Shown in pieces: positions 36,178 through 46,352 of a stretch of DNA of 64,000 nucleotides. The notes beneath the pieces were generated by a model. The model did not search any database. It was not told where the DNA came from and was given only the letters and a program-made list of their open reading frames with translations. The DNA is from a virus, in the IMG/VR virus record IMGVR_UViG_3300012984_000012, positions 1-64,000 of that record; one strand, given 5' to 3'. The position numbers and the translations under genes were made by a program. The first letter of the stretch is position 1. Each line of letters begins with the position of its first letter.

Positions 36178-38284
36178 CGTCATCCTCGGTATCGTCGAAG
36201 TCAAGTTCGTCATCCGTATCGTCAATGATAAATACTTCGTTCGTGCTCGTGTTATGAGATCCACGATCAACGTTCTCGCCTAACAGCGAGATGCCTTCAT
36301 CGATCTCGTCTTGAACATCGACCTCTTCTGACTCAGCGATGACACCACCGTCAGCCGCCCTGTTCATCTTCAACGCAGACGTCATGCGACGTAACGTAGA
36401 CCACAGATCGGGAGCGAGGCCACCGAAAGGTGACCTTGAGACGACCTTCGCCTCTCCAAACGGATTTGACACGACGGACTTCATCCACTCAGACCCAGTG
36501 GGATCTTTCATGGCATCGTTATCGATGCCAGTCATCTTGACAAAGTCAGGCATGTGAGTTTTTGCGGGACCGTGATTTTGGATCCTAGAACGATTGTATT
36601 CGTAGTTTTTCTGTGATTGGTTCTTGGGCTTGATTGGCCTGTCGTTATCACCATCGTTCAGTGACATCTTCAGTGCAAAGTCCTCACCGTCTTCCTGATC
36701 ATCGTCTGATGTCAGTAATTCAACGCCGGGCCTGATCTCTTCTTCAGCTTCCTCACCAGCGTTTTCTTCAGGAGGCGTCTCTTCTTCGCCGCCCGCCTCG
36801 GGCTCCTCGCTACCGCCTCCGAAAAGATCATCAGCGCCGCCGCTCTCCCCGCCAGAATCACCGCCCTCACCGCCTGCCTCGATAGCAGCATCAGTCTTTT
36901 TCTCTCTCATGCGTTGGGCATCGATCTCATCGATCTCTTCTTCACTCAATCCCCAAATCTCATGCATGACAAAGAACTTGCTTCCCATGCCTTCCGGTAA
37001 CGAACCACCGATCTCAAACTTAGCACGCCACAGCTCTAGCTTCTGCTGTTGGGCTACAGTCGATGGGTTCGACAGGCGCAAGGTGAAGTTTTGTAGGTCC
37101 TCACCGTCATACCCATGAGCGTACAGGTGAATGATAGCCAGCTTGTTGAGCTCAGCGAGCATCGTCTTTTGGATGACGTTGATCGTACGTGAGAACCTGA
37201 TGTCCTCTTGTGCTAGCGTCGCCTTGCTGCTAAGCATCTCATCGTAACCGAGATACGCTCGTGGGATCTTCAAAGCAGCAAACAGCTTCTTTTGGATGTA
37301 AGCGACGTCCTCAACAGCAGCTGTGTTCTGGCCACCTGCTAACGTGTCGATGCGAGTACCGGTATCGTTACCACGGACTGGGATGAAATAATCCTCGTCA
37401 ACGCTCAATGGGTTGTAACGAAGGTCGACCCGACCCGTCTGGTTATCGATCACCTGGCTCGTCCTGAGGTTCTTGCGTTGTTCTTCAACGTACATCGGTA
37501 CGTTCTCAGGTGGCACGTTAGCAACGTCAATGTAAAACACGCGTCGCTCAGGAGCTCTGACCACGCGATACACTAGCATGGCGTCTTCAATCAGGATCAG
37601 CTGGCGCCAGATGCGGCGAGCGGGCTCAATGACAGAAGAGCCGTACGGCAAGAACATGTCATTGCCTAACAGGCGAAAGTGTGTGACCTCCCAGTTTTCT
37701 AGGGTCCTGTTGCCGAGCGTCACCCAGCGGTAACGGACAGCAAAAGGATCATCACGGTCGTAATTCTCCTCACGCTCGATCTCATTGACAGGGATCGGAA
37801 ACGCGTTGACGACGCCATACTCTGGCGACACGTCATTATAGAGAAAGAAGTCTCCGTACTTGACAAGGTTACGAGCCCACGAACGAAGGTTGAACTCAAC
37901 GTTCAAGACGTTGTAGAACAGGTCCTCAAGCACCTGTTTGACCTTCTCGTTGTCAGAGTAGACGTGAAGGACACGACCCTTATCGTCTTGAGCACACGTC
38001 TCATCAGCATAGATGTCAAGAGCGGCAGCGATCTCAGGAGTGTATTCCATCTCCTGGAAATCCTGGTAACGCATCAATCGCTCGCTCAAGTTGTAAGCGT
38101 TAGACGTGATGGTCGCATATGTCGGAGAGAGCGACTTCTGAAACAGCAGCGTGCCAGACGACTTCGTCTTGTCAGCCATCGCTAGTGTGGTGTCTAGCGC
38201 GCGGATCTTCCGCTTGACTACAGGACCGCTACGAAACAGTCGCGTCAGTCGTCGGAAAAGACTCTTGCTTTCTTTTTTTGCCAT
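36170..38284 (-). CDS. Portal protein (T4 gp20-like) with acidic C-terminal extension
   Basis: EDAMLVYRVVRAPERRVFYIDV, EDYFIP, IDTLAGGQN and KKLFAALKIP. Confidence 0.96.
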   Translation of the reverse strand: MAKKESKSLFRRLTRLFRSGPVVKRKIRALDTTLAMADKTKSSGTLLFQKSLSPTYATITSNAYNLSERLMRYQDFQEMEYTPEIAAALDIYADETCAQDDKGRVLHVYSDNEKVKQVLEDLFYNVLNVEFNLRSWARNLVKYGDFFLYNDVSPEYGVVNAFPIPVNEIEREENYDRDDPFAVRYRWVTLGNRTLENWEVTHFRLLGNDMFLPYGSSVIEPARRIWRQLILIEDAMLVYRVVRAPERRVFYIDVANVPPENVPMYVEEQRKNLRTSQVIDNQTGRVDLRYNPLSVDEDYFIPVRGNDTGTRIDTLAGGQNTAAVEDVAYIQKKLFAALKIPRAYLGYDEMLSSKATLAQEDIRFSRTINVIQKTMLAELNKLAIIHLYAHGYDGEDLQNFTLRLSNPSTVAQQQKLELWRAKFEIGGSLPEGMGSKFFVMHEIWGLSEEEIDEIDAQRMREKKTDAAIEAGGEGGDSGGESGGADDLFGGGSEEPEAGGEEETPPEENAGEEAEEEIRPGVELLTSDDDQEDGEDFALKMSLNDGDNDRPIKPKNQSQKNYEYNRSRIQNHGPAKTHMPDFVKMTGIDNDAMKDPTGSEWMKSVVSNPFGEAKVVSRSPFGGLAPDLWSTLRRMTSALKMNRAADGGVIAESEEVDVQDEIDEGISLLGENVDRGSHNTSTNEVFIIDDTDDELDFDDTEDDDE

Positions 38285-38364
38285 TCTCTACCCTTCCATT
38301 CAGTTAGGGCTATCGTGATTGTAGAGCATCAGAGCGCTTCGTATATCAAGCGCTGACTCTATGC

Positions 38365-38670
38365 TCAGGACTTAGACTTGACAGCCTTGAGCGTCACCTT
38401 TTTGGGTTCGACCTTGGGACGAGCGACGTATGACCCAGGAGTCTCGACCATGTTTTCTAAGACACGTTCGAGCTCATCAAGGTGTGGAGTCACAGCATTG
38501 ATAGCTGACGGAGGGGCACCTTCTCTGAAGGCTTCGACAGCAGCTAAGAGCTTGCTAGCGCCAGCTACGACCTTGTTGATGCCAGCATGGTCGACGCGTT
38601 CGTTCAAATTCGTCAGTTCTTCTTTGATGATCTTACGAAGATCATTGATATTGAGCTTTGATTGCGTCAT
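38365..38670 (-). CDS. Hypothetical protein with N-terminal KLNINDLRKIIKEE motif
   Basis: GAGGA SD; TACTTA upstream. Confidence 0.75.
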   Translation of the reverse strand: MTQSKLNINDLRKIIKEELTNLNERVDHAGINKVVAGASKLLAAVEAFREGAPPSAINAVTPHLDELERVLENMVETPGSYVARPKVEPKKVTLKAVKSKS

Positions 38671-38701
38671 CGACGTCCTCTTGTACCTTTAAGTATCTCT
38701 G

Positions 38702-40324
38702 TCAGCGGAACAGCCACGAAAAATCAGAATGATCCCTGCTTCTCACCGATGATGTCGATGGATTTTGAGGCCTGTGAACCAGATGAGGATTGAAGCCTCT
38801 GATCGCTGGGTTGACGAGCGGTTGTGCTGACTGGATGTTGCCCGGCAAGGTGCTCTGGTCGCGGCTCTGTTTGCCTGTCGCAGCTAGCATGGCATATGCC
38901 ATCGCAACCTGTTGTTGGTTGATCGTTGATCCACCTTCAATCAACCAACAACCGATCGCTAGGCTCATGATCAGGTCGTCATAGCTGTCTTTCGAGGCCA
39001 TGGGTTTATTGCCATTCCAGACGAACGCTTGAAGTTGATCGTACAAGCGTTGCGAGTAGGTCTTCAGTTGACCGTTTCTGATCAGCTCTTCGAGCTTTGA
39101 GAGGATCTGAACGCGTGTCTTTTGGACGGTCGGAAAACCGGGCAGCTCGTTAGGGTCGTTTGGTACGTAACTGAACGGATCACCCTTGTTGTTGTGATAG
39201 TACAATCGCTTGTAACCCATGTCACGTAGTTTCGTGTTGACGAAGTAACCAAACGTGTTGTTCTCAGGGATCAAAAGAGCATCGCTGTACTTCTTTCCCC
39301 ACTCTGCCATCAGGTCAGCGAGCTTTTCAGGAGGTATCTTACCCATGTACTCAGCTGCGACCTCACACTCTTCTGTGTCGATCACGTGGAAGGCAGAGAA
39401 ATCTCGAGCGTCACCACGAGCAATGTCAGCAGAGATCACGTATTGTCGACCAGGAACGGGATACGACCAGATCCAGATGTCCCTCTTCTCACCCGCCTTC
39501 TCGATGGGAGGCATGATGTTGACACGTAACAGCTCTAGCTCTGTCGGTTGAAGGAACGTATCGCCTGAGGCGATGAAGTCACACAAGTACTCTTGAGCGA
39601 CCTTTTTCTTGGGAAGGTTGCGGGTCTCCTTGTCAAACCAGGCCTGATCATGCTCAGGATGCTGGTACCACATGATCCGGATCGCATTGAACCCGTTCTG
39701 TCCTGCCTCTGCTTCTGTCCATAGGCTGTAATATTGACCGCCCACGCCGTTTGGCGTTGATAAGATCACAGCTCGACCACCCGTTGAGAGGGTCGGTGAC
39801 AGGCCAGCCCAGATGTCATCAAAGTCCCTAATGAACGCAGCCTCATCGACAATGAGAAGCGACAGTGCCTCAGAGCGACCAGCGTCATCTGACGTTGGGA
39901 CCGCCTTGATCTGAGAACCGTTGCTAAACGTGATCTGTTGCTTGCTAGGCTCGAACCTGGGAAGGAGAAGCCACTTGGGAAGGTTCTGCAAGATGACTGC
40001 GACCTTCTTAATGAAGTTCATGGCCGTGGGTAGCTTGGTCGCGATGACCAAGACGTTCTTGTCTTTCTGAAAGATAGCCATCCAGACCGCGTAAGCAGCA
40101 CAGACCGTCGACAAACCTAGCTGCCTAGACTTCAGGATGATGTTCAGGCGATGTTCTTGGAATGCCTTTACACACTCATCCTGAAAATCGTACGTATCAA
40201 ATGGGATAGTTCCCCGGGTCGGGTGTTGGATCTTCGTGTACGTCTTGATGAAATACGCAGGATCCTTGCCGCAACGAATGATCTCTTTGACCTGTTCGTC
40301 ACGTGTAAAGTTTGGTGCAGCCAT
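38702..40324 (-). CDS. terL: Terminase large subunit (T4 gp17-like)
   Basis: LKSRQLGLST Walker A, LLIVDEAAF Walker B, STPNG, ADIARG.D.SAF and DDLIMS nuclease motifs. Confidence 0.96.
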   Translation of the reverse strand: MAAPNFTRDEQVKEIIRCGKDPAYFIKTYTKIQHPTRGTIPFDTYDFQDECVKAFQEHRLNIILKSRQLGLSTVCAAYAVWMAIFQKDKNVLVIATKLPTAMNFIKKVAVILQNLPKWLLLPRFEPSKQQITFSNGSQIKAVPTSDDAGRSEALSLLIVDEAAFIRDFDDIWAGLSPTLSTGGRAVILSTPNGVGGQYYSLWTEAEAGQNGFNAIRIMWYQHPEHDQAWFDKETRNLPKKKVAQEYLCDFIASGDTFLQPTELELLRVNIMPPIEKAGEKRDIWIWSYPVPGRQYVISADIARGDARDFSAFHVIDTEECEVAAEYMGKIPPEKLADLMAEWGKKYSDALLIPENNTFGYFVNTKLRDMGYKRLYYHNNKGDPFSYVPNDPNELPGFPTVQKTRVQILSKLEELIRNGQLKTYSQRLYDQLQAFVWNGNKPMASKDSYDDLIMSLAIGCWLIEGGSTINQQQVAMAYAMLAATGKQSRDQSTLPGNIQSAQPLVNPAIRGFNPHLVHRPQNPSTSSVRSRDHSDFSWLFR

Positions 40325-40713
40325 TATCCTAACTCGAATACCGCCTTACGCCTATAGTACGCTGTGCGGCGGGCGTTATGACAGTTGAAATTGATGATCT
40401 CTAGGGAGTCAGCCTCTCCATCCTTGAGGGCTTTCGTAGACAACGCAGATCCAGTCAGGTCCTTGTAATTGCCCTTAACGCTCTTGATGACGGCGGCGAC
40501 AACGCTGTCAGCCTCAGAAGCGTAAGCACGCTTCATCTCGATCATCTGCCTCTCGGTCCCAAAGTTAACGATCGCAGCGTACGACACCAGCATGCGATCG
40601 GGACCCAACAGTGAGATCTTCACTGAGTATGAGGCTGTTTTTGGTGTCGAAGACCTCCCCCAGGTCGTGTCGATCGACTGTCCTAGTGCGTTGAAATCAA
40701 TGTTATCTGCCAT
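40324..40713 (-). CDS. Hypothetical protein
   Basis: GGGGAG SD before MADNID; TATTTA upstream. Confidence 0.7.
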   Translation of the reverse strand: MADNIDFNALGQSIDTTWGRSSTPKTASYSVKISLLGPDRMLVSYAAIVNFGTERQMIEMKRAYASEADSVVAAVIKSVKGNYKDLTGSALSTKALKDGEADSLEIINFNCHNARRTAYYRRKAVFELG

Positions 40714-40755
40714 AGCGTCGGGGCTCCCCAACGTAAATATGGCAGTGCTTACGGT

Positions 40756-41052
40756 CTAATCAACGTCAAAGACAACGAACATCGGAGGACGTTGAGAAAC
40801 GACGTCTTTGACCTGGTCAGGAGACGGGCGCCAGCCTTCTTGCCACTCTTTTCTCCGAGGGTGTGCCCACTGCAAGGCACAAAGGTGACAGCAGGCAAAC
40901 TCGAGATACGCTGTCTCGTCATCACGTGAACGAAACAGTCTGTCACAGACCTGACACGACAGTGGGATAGGAGCCGAGGCTCCAACAGGAACGATGACAA
41001 AGAAGCCTTCGGGTCGTTCTTCTATCAGACGATCTCTGAGATAGGGTCGCAT
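40756..41052 (-). CDS. Small zinc-binding hypothetical protein
   Basis: CQVC...CCHLC...W...WRP; TGATG-coupled to the SbcC-like gene. Confidence 0.7.
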   Translation of the reverse strand: MRPYLRDRLIEERPEGFFVIVPVGASAPIPLSCQVCDRLFRSRDDETAYLEFACCHLCALQWAHPRRKEWQEGWRPSPDQVKDVVSQRPPMFVVFDVD

Positions 41053-43631
41053 CAGACGTACGTTACCCTTGCGTCCTTCTCGTTCTTGGTGACATCGATG
41101 ACCAGGTCTGCAGCGTCCTTGACGCCTTCGACGTGAGTGATGACGATGACCATCCTGAAATAACGCTTCAATGACGTCAACAATCGATTACATGCCTCGA
41201 CGCCTGCGTCATCCAGCGCGCCAAAGCCCTCGTCGATGATGAACATGTCGGTCTTTGGAAGCGATGACACGTTGATCAACGCCACACGAATGGCGACTGA
41301 AGCAACCATCTTTTCCATGCCAGACCCGAGTTCGATGATGCGTCGCGAGTCACCATAGTTGATGTAGATCTCTGTCGAGTCGCTGTCATCGTCCGTCTCA
41401 AGCTCGACAGTGAAGTCAACGATTCCCTGCAAGATCTTTGCGATCTCTGCGTTGATGATCGGCAATTGAGATCTCGTGATGACGCTCGGAATGCCACGAC
41501 GAGAAAACGCCGAGGTAACCAACTCATACGCCCTCATCTTCTTAAGGATCTCTTCACGTTGGTGACGCTCGCCAGCATGCTTGTCAATGATCGTTTGTAC
41601 CCTGCCTCGCTCAGTTGCTAGCAGCAGCTTCTCGGTATCGAGACGCTTAGAGGCCGCTTGAAGGGCATCGATTTCTGTCCTAAGGGAAACCACCTCAGCG
41701 TTTTCCTCATTTTTGAGGGCCTCCTCAAGTTCCTGGAGCTTGCTCTGGACGGGCTTTAGGGCGACGCTAGTGTTCTCAAAGTCAGTCTCTAACCGAACGA
41801 GCTTGACGTGCTTTGTCGAGATCTCTACCTTCAGCTTCGAGTGCATTTCGTGAAGCTGCTCTACCTTGTTTACTCGATCGCTTAGGTTCTCCTGTTTCAG
41901 GACCTGGAGTGCCTCTTCTGCACGTTGGAGCTTCTCGAGCGCCTTTGTTGACCTTTCACGCTGGGGATCAACCTTGTCCTTCACCAGGTGAGCGTCCTTG
42001 ATAAACTTGCAGCTTGGAAACTTGTCACCACACGGCACGTCATCAAGGATCTTCAGCGATCGTTCCTGCTGTTTCAGAAGCGAAGCCTCCTTTTCGTGTG
42101 AGTGTTTCAAAGCAATGACTGAGGCCTCTAGCGTTCGATACGCCTCGAGCCTACGTTTCAGATCAACCAGGTTATGCTCTTTCTGAAATTCATCGATCTT
42201 TTCGACTCGAGCGTTCAGTTTTTCAGACTCATCCTTGTTTCGCTCGATCTGTTGTGATAAGCTGTCGAGCTGCTCTGACATCGTCGTGACACGAACGCGC
42301 ATCGCTTCGACCTGAGACTTCGTCACTGGAGTGAAGTCCTTGTGTGAAGCAAGGGTACGTCGAAGTTGTTCGAGCTGGTCGTTCAGCTCGCCGAGTTTGG
42401 TCTGCTTGATCTCGATCTGTTCGTCACAATTCTCGATCTGCTGGTAACACTGTGTGTCTAGCGCCATCCAGTCCCTGTCAGGTAGGGACTTCAGCACGGC
42501 TTTTGTCGCATTCAGGTCGTTCTTTCCGAGATCGTACATCTTGTCAAAGATGTCAAGATCGAGGAACCGAGCGAGGATCTGGCGGCGGCGGGTCGAACCT
42601 TGCGATATGAATAGCTTGATCTCGTCCTGAGCTGACAACGACGTGAGCAAGAAATCATCAGGAGTGCCGATCAGCTTTCGGATCACTTTCTCAGTATCGT
42701 TACGCTGTTCACCAGCTAGGTCAATGGCCTCTCCGTCCTCCATGCGGAAAACGTTAAGAGCCGTCGACGCATTAATTTTCCCACGCTTGTCCTCGCTCTT
42801 GGTGGTCTGTCGCTCGATAACGTAGTCCGTTCCGTCAACGTTGATGACGCCTCGAGCGTAACAATACGACTTACGAGCGTTGACAACGTGAAGGTTTTTT
42901 ATCGAACCACGGTCAGTGCTGTTGTGAAGCATGTACATGATCGTGCCGACGATCGATGACTTGCCCGACCTGTTAGGTCCAAAGATCCCTACGATGCCAT
43001 TTAAGTTCTCAAAATTGATGACGTTACCTTCGCCGTAAGCGAGGGTGTTGTCAAACTTCAAGTGCCTCAACGACCACTTAGTGTTCCGAACAATCTCATC
43101 AGCACCAAAGAAGGCAAGGTAACTCTTCACCAGATCATGAACGCTGTTCCATGTCTCTTCTGTGACGTTTGCTTGGTGATGATACTCTTTCAGTAACCTA
43201 ACCAACACGTCTGGGTTCCTGAGATCATCTTTTACGACCTGTGTCGTTCCAGAAGAGATGATAATGTCACGTTTGACGTGGTGATCTGTCTTGAACGTGA
43301 CCTCAGTCGCGTTCAACGCTTCCTTGAGGCTGTGACCGATCTCGACCACGTCCCTTTGCGAGAGCTGGTCGTGGCTGTAGATCCTGAAACGACTGGATGG
43401 TGAGAAGTTCTTCTTAGCAAACTCAACGGTGCTGATGACGTCGCCTTGCCAGTCGACGGTCACGAACGGGCGGGGGTTTGGCAACTCAATGAACTTGACA
43501 TCGAAGTCATCGCGCGCCCCTAGATCCCATTGCAAGAAACCGTGAACGGTGTCCTCAGCATAATTCTGTTGGACAGTAGATCCAGGATAGCCGATCCATC
43601 CCTTTTTCCACTTGATGCGAAGCTTCGTCAC
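41052..43631 (-). CDS. sbcC: SbcC/Rad50-like ATPase fused to the C-terminal part of the SbcD/Mre11 nuclease
   Basis: YPGSTVQQNYAE (SbcD C-terminal motif), GPNRSGKS Walker A, coiled coil, CGDKFPSC hook-like motif, GSGME signature, IIDEGFGALD, ITH. Confidence 0.9.
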   Translation of the reverse strand: MTKLRIKWKKGWIGYPGSTVQQNYAEDTVHGFLQWDLGARDDFDVKFIELPNPRPFVTVDWQGDVISTVEFAKKNFSPSSRFRIYSHDQLSQRDVVEIGHSLKEALNATEVTFKTDHHVKRDIIISSGTTQVVKDDLRNPDVLVRLLKEYHHQANVTEETWNSVHDLVKSYLAFFGADEIVRNTKWSLRHLKFDNTLAYGEGNVINFENLNGIVGIFGPNRSGKSSIVGTIMYMLHNSTDRGSIKNLHVVNARKSYCYARGVINVDGTDYVIERQTTKSEDKRGKINASTALNVFRMEDGEAIDLAGEQRNDTEKVIRKLIGTPDDFLLTSLSAQDEIKLFISQGSTRRRQILARFLDLDIFDKMYDLGKNDLNATKAVLKSLPDRDWMALDTQCYQQIENCDEQIEIKQTKLGELNDQLEQLRRTLASHKDFTPVTKSQVEAMRVRVTTMSEQLDSLSQQIERNKDESEKLNARVEKIDEFQKEHNLVDLKRRLEAYRTLEASVIALKHSHEKEASLLKQQERSLKILDDVPCGDKFPSCKFIKDAHLVKDKVDPQRERSTKALEKLQRAEEALQVLKQENLSDRVNKVEQLHEMHSKLKVEISTKHVKLVRLETDFENTSVALKPVQSKLQELEEALKNEENAEVVSLRTEIDALQAASKRLDTEKLLLATERGRVQTIIDKHAGERHQREEILKKMRAYELVTSAFSRRGIPSVITRSQLPIINAEIAKILQGIVDFTVELETDDDSDSTEIYINYGDSRRIIELGSGMEKMVASVAIRVALINVSSLPKTDMFIIDEGFGALDDAGVEACNRLLTSLKRYFRMVIVITHVEGVKDAADLVIDVTKNEKDARVTYV

Positions 43632-43632
43632 G

Positions 43633-44289
43633 TTATCCGATCTCCTCTATCACCTCTGCGCCTGGGTACTTACCGATGTCGTCTTTATCGATCACGATCT
43701 CAACGTCACGGTAACCCAAGAACTGCATCCGATGAATGTCACCCAAGAAGACGAAATCATACTCCTTGAAGAAGTCAACCGTTAAGCCGTCCTCGATCAA
43801 CCAGTCGCTCTCTGTCTTGGCTCCCCACACCGGCCCATGATAGCAAGCGATGTTGATCTTTCCCGGAAGAGGCTTTACGCTCTTCCAACCAACCTCGTCA
43901 AAGAGGCTGAAAATGCACCAGGTGTAACCAGGCGCGAATTCATAGACACCGCTGTTCTTGTAGAGATGGATCTTCGGACTACGTAAGGCATTAACGATGG
44001 GCGTGATGGCGTCTTGCCTGGAGAGATTGACTAGGTTTCCATCGTGGTTTCCCAACGTCAGATGGAGCTCAGCGCATGATGACAACGTCTCAAGCCACCA
44101 AGACAGGACCTCGATGTACTCTGGGCTTAGTCCTGATGTCTTCGTGTGAAAAATGTCGCCACCGACGAACACGTGTTGAACGTTGTTTGCTTTGACCTGT
44201 TCTGCGAACGCTTCAAAGACTAACCGATACTCTTCGTGTCTTGAGAGGCCTCTCCAGTGTACGTCAGCAATGTGAGCGATCCTGAGCAT
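43633..44289 (-). CDS. sbcD: SbcD/Mre11-like metallophosphoesterase, N-terminal part
   Basis: HIADVH, GGDIFH, GNHD, YHG and GDIH motifs; ends before the YPGS motif. Confidence 0.9.
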   Translation of the reverse strand: MLRIAHIADVHWRGLSRHEEYRLVFEAFAEQVKANNVQHVFVGGDIFHTKTSGLSPEYIEVLSWWLETLSSCAELHLTLGNHDGNLVNLSRQDAITPIVNALRSPKIHLYKNSGVYEFAPGYTWCIFSLFDEVGWKSVKPLPGKINIACYHGPVWGAKTESDWLIEDGLTVDFFKEYDFVFLGDIHRMQFLGYRDVEIVIDKDDIGKYPGAEVIEEIG

Positions 44290-44335
44290 GCAGTTACTTT
44301 AATAGTGTACTGCATGATCGATAAGCTGTTCAAAA

Positions 44336-45337
44336 TTAAACAGCTAGGCCACCTGTGCCAGCTCGGATGAGCTTCACGACCTCTTCTGCACCTCGAGCGA
44401 GCTCGACACCCTTAACAGTCGTTGCCGTGCCTTCGACGAAGCCGAGCAACGAAGCGCCGGCGTGTAACACGCCCTGGATGCCGTTGATCGCAAAGTAGAT
44501 TAGCAATACCTTGTAAATGAGGCCCTTTGTCTTGGCGATGGCCTTCTTACCTTCATCGTCAGCCTTGATCTCGATCTCGTTAAGAGGTTCATCGCCAGGC
44601 GTCAGTTTGATTCCCATCTTCCACAGGCCCATGTACACTGCATACGCTAGCCTAAAAGGCATCACAAAATTGACTGTTTTCTGCTCAAAGTGATGCGTGA
44701 CGTGCTCTGCCTTTTCAAAGAGTTCAGCCGTACCGTGAGCGCCGAGCACGTTCGCGAGCTTGTGGAGTCCCTTGAACAGAAGGGGTAGCCCACCCATGAT
44801 GGCGAGACCGACGCCAGCCGCTCCGATCACACCAAACTCATTGAGCTGCTCCTTTGGCAGGTTAGCGTGTTGGGTCTCAGCTAAGACAGCATAGATCTCG
44901 GGGATGTACTTTCCTTCTGTCTTAGCGTCAGCGGACTTCGCCTTGTCGTGCACCGGACCCTCGAGGTCCTGTTGAACGATCGCTAACGCGTTATCTTTGT
45001 TGATCTTTCCGAGTTCTTTGGCGTCTTGCAATCCCTTGTCCATCTGGAACGTCTCACCGGTCTGTTCCATCGCGTGCTTGAGAACCTGAAGGATCTGCTT
45101 AGCTTCGGGTGGGATCTCAGTAAGCTTGCTCGAAGCCGTGACGATCGCTTTCGCCCACTTGTCTGCGACTTGCTTGAATTGTTTTGTCACGTATGCTGAC
45201 AGCTTTTGCAAGCCTGACTTAGCATCATCGAACAGGCCTTCCTTGATCAGGTACTGATCGATCAACTCATCGACGATGATCTTACGTAACTGTGCCTCGG
45301 TGATTATCGGACGAGCGCGGGTCGATCGTTTCTTCAT
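44336..45337 (-). CDS. Hypothetical protein with IITEAQLRKIIVDE motif and hydrophobic helices (putative ejected protein)
   Basis: Shared motif; hydrophobic stretches FGVIGAAGVGLAIMGGLPLLF and VLLIYFAINGIQGVL; TACTTA upstream. Confidence 0.7.
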   Translation of the reverse strand: MKKRSTRARPIITEAQLRKIIVDELIDQYLIKEGLFDDAKSGLQKLSAYVTKQFKQVADKWAKAIVTASSKLTEIPPEAKQILQVLKHAMEQTGETFQMDKGLQDAKELGKINKDNALAIVQQDLEGPVHDKAKSADAKTEGKYIPEIYAVLAETQHANLPKEQLNEFGVIGAAGVGLAIMGGLPLLFKGLHKLANVLGAHGTAELFEKAEHVTHHFEQKTVNFVMPFRLAYAVYMGLWKMGIKLTPGDEPLNEIEIKADDEGKKAIAKTKGLIYKVLLIYFAINGIQGVLHAGASLLGFVEGTATTVKGVELARGAEEVVKLIRAGTGGLAV

Positions 45338-45359
45338 GGCTGCGACTGGTAAGTATCGA

Positions 45360-46352
45360 TCACAACATCAGCGTTGTCCGAGACACCCTACCTAATCGGG
45401 TCAAAAACGCTGACTTCCAGTCTGCTGGCCTTGCTAGGCTCAGAGCTTCTGCAAACTGTTCTTTGGTCGCGCTGCCTGGATCACCGAACGATCGGGTGTC
45501 GACCAACACAACGCTAACGTCGTAATCAGCTAGCTTCTTAGCCATCTTTAGCGTCTTCGTCTCCCACATGTCACCGTCGAGCGCCAGAGCAATTGGTGTT
45601 CCGTTCGCAATGATCATGTTGAACAAAACAGACTGCTCGTTGAGGTCTGACCCTAACAAGGGCACGGTGTTGTCGATGCACTTGAACATGTCGAACACGC
45701 CTTCACAGATCACCAGCTGCTGGGTCCAATCAACGTTGATCTCGTTGAAAATGACTGGCAGCTTGTCATGATCTGGGTTGTCATATCTCGGTTGCCTAGA
45801 CCTGTCGATGGCTCGAGCGACGAAGTAATTGAGTTGACCCATAGCGTCAAAAGAAGGCACGATGACACGACGGCGCCAGCGCCCCTCATCTGAGACGCAA
45901 AGCTTGAAGTACCACATGTCACGCTCTGTCAGGCCCCTGTCGGCAACGTAACGCCAGGCGGCCCGAGCATCAGGTTCGTTACCAGCCATCACTAACAGCT
46001 TAGAGTCATTAGGCAACTCAAGCCTCTTGGGTTCATCTTGGACGTCGACGATCATGCAACGCCTAGAACGCTCGCGCTCCTCAGCTGTCATGAACTTCTC
46101 TCGGTACTCGTTCAGACGCTCGAGAGTGCTATATTTTCGAAGCAAGGGCGCGAGCGTGTGTGCACGCCAGCCGCACGTCCAACAGTGATTCCTGTCATCA
46201 TCGATCCGGATCGCCAGCTTTTTCTTTGATGGGTCCTTGGGATCGCAGATCGGACACCTGACGTCCATGTTCTTGCTGTTGCGAGCGAGCCTGCCTGCGC
46301 CGAAGCACTGTTCGATAAATCGAACCTTGTCTGAGAGGGTGACGACTGACAC
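45360..46352 (-). CDS. DNA primase (zinc finger + TOPRIM)
   Basis: CPIC...HCWTC, RVIVPSFD...YFVAR, ICEGVFD and ALDGD. Confidence 0.9.
   Translation of the reverse strand: MSVVTLSDKVRFIEQCFGAGRLARNSKNMDVRCPICDPKDPSKKKLAIRIDDDRNHCWTCGWRAHTLAPLLRKYSTLERLNEYREKFMTAEERERSRRCMIVDVQDEPKRLELPNDSKLLVMAGNEPDARAAWRYVADRGLTERDMWYFKLCVSDEGRWRRRVIVPSFDAMGQLNYFVARAIDRSRQPRYDNPDHDKLPVIFNEINVDWTQQLVICEGVFDMFKCIDNTVPLLGSDLNEQSVLFNMIIANGTPIALALDGDMWETKTLKMAKKLADYDVSVVLVDTRSFGDPGSATKEQFAEALSLARPADWKSAFLTRLGRVSRTTLML

Noticed and set aside
38702-44289. Inteins in terminase or SbcCD
   Set aside because: No C/S...HN splice motifs, and the terminase length is normal.
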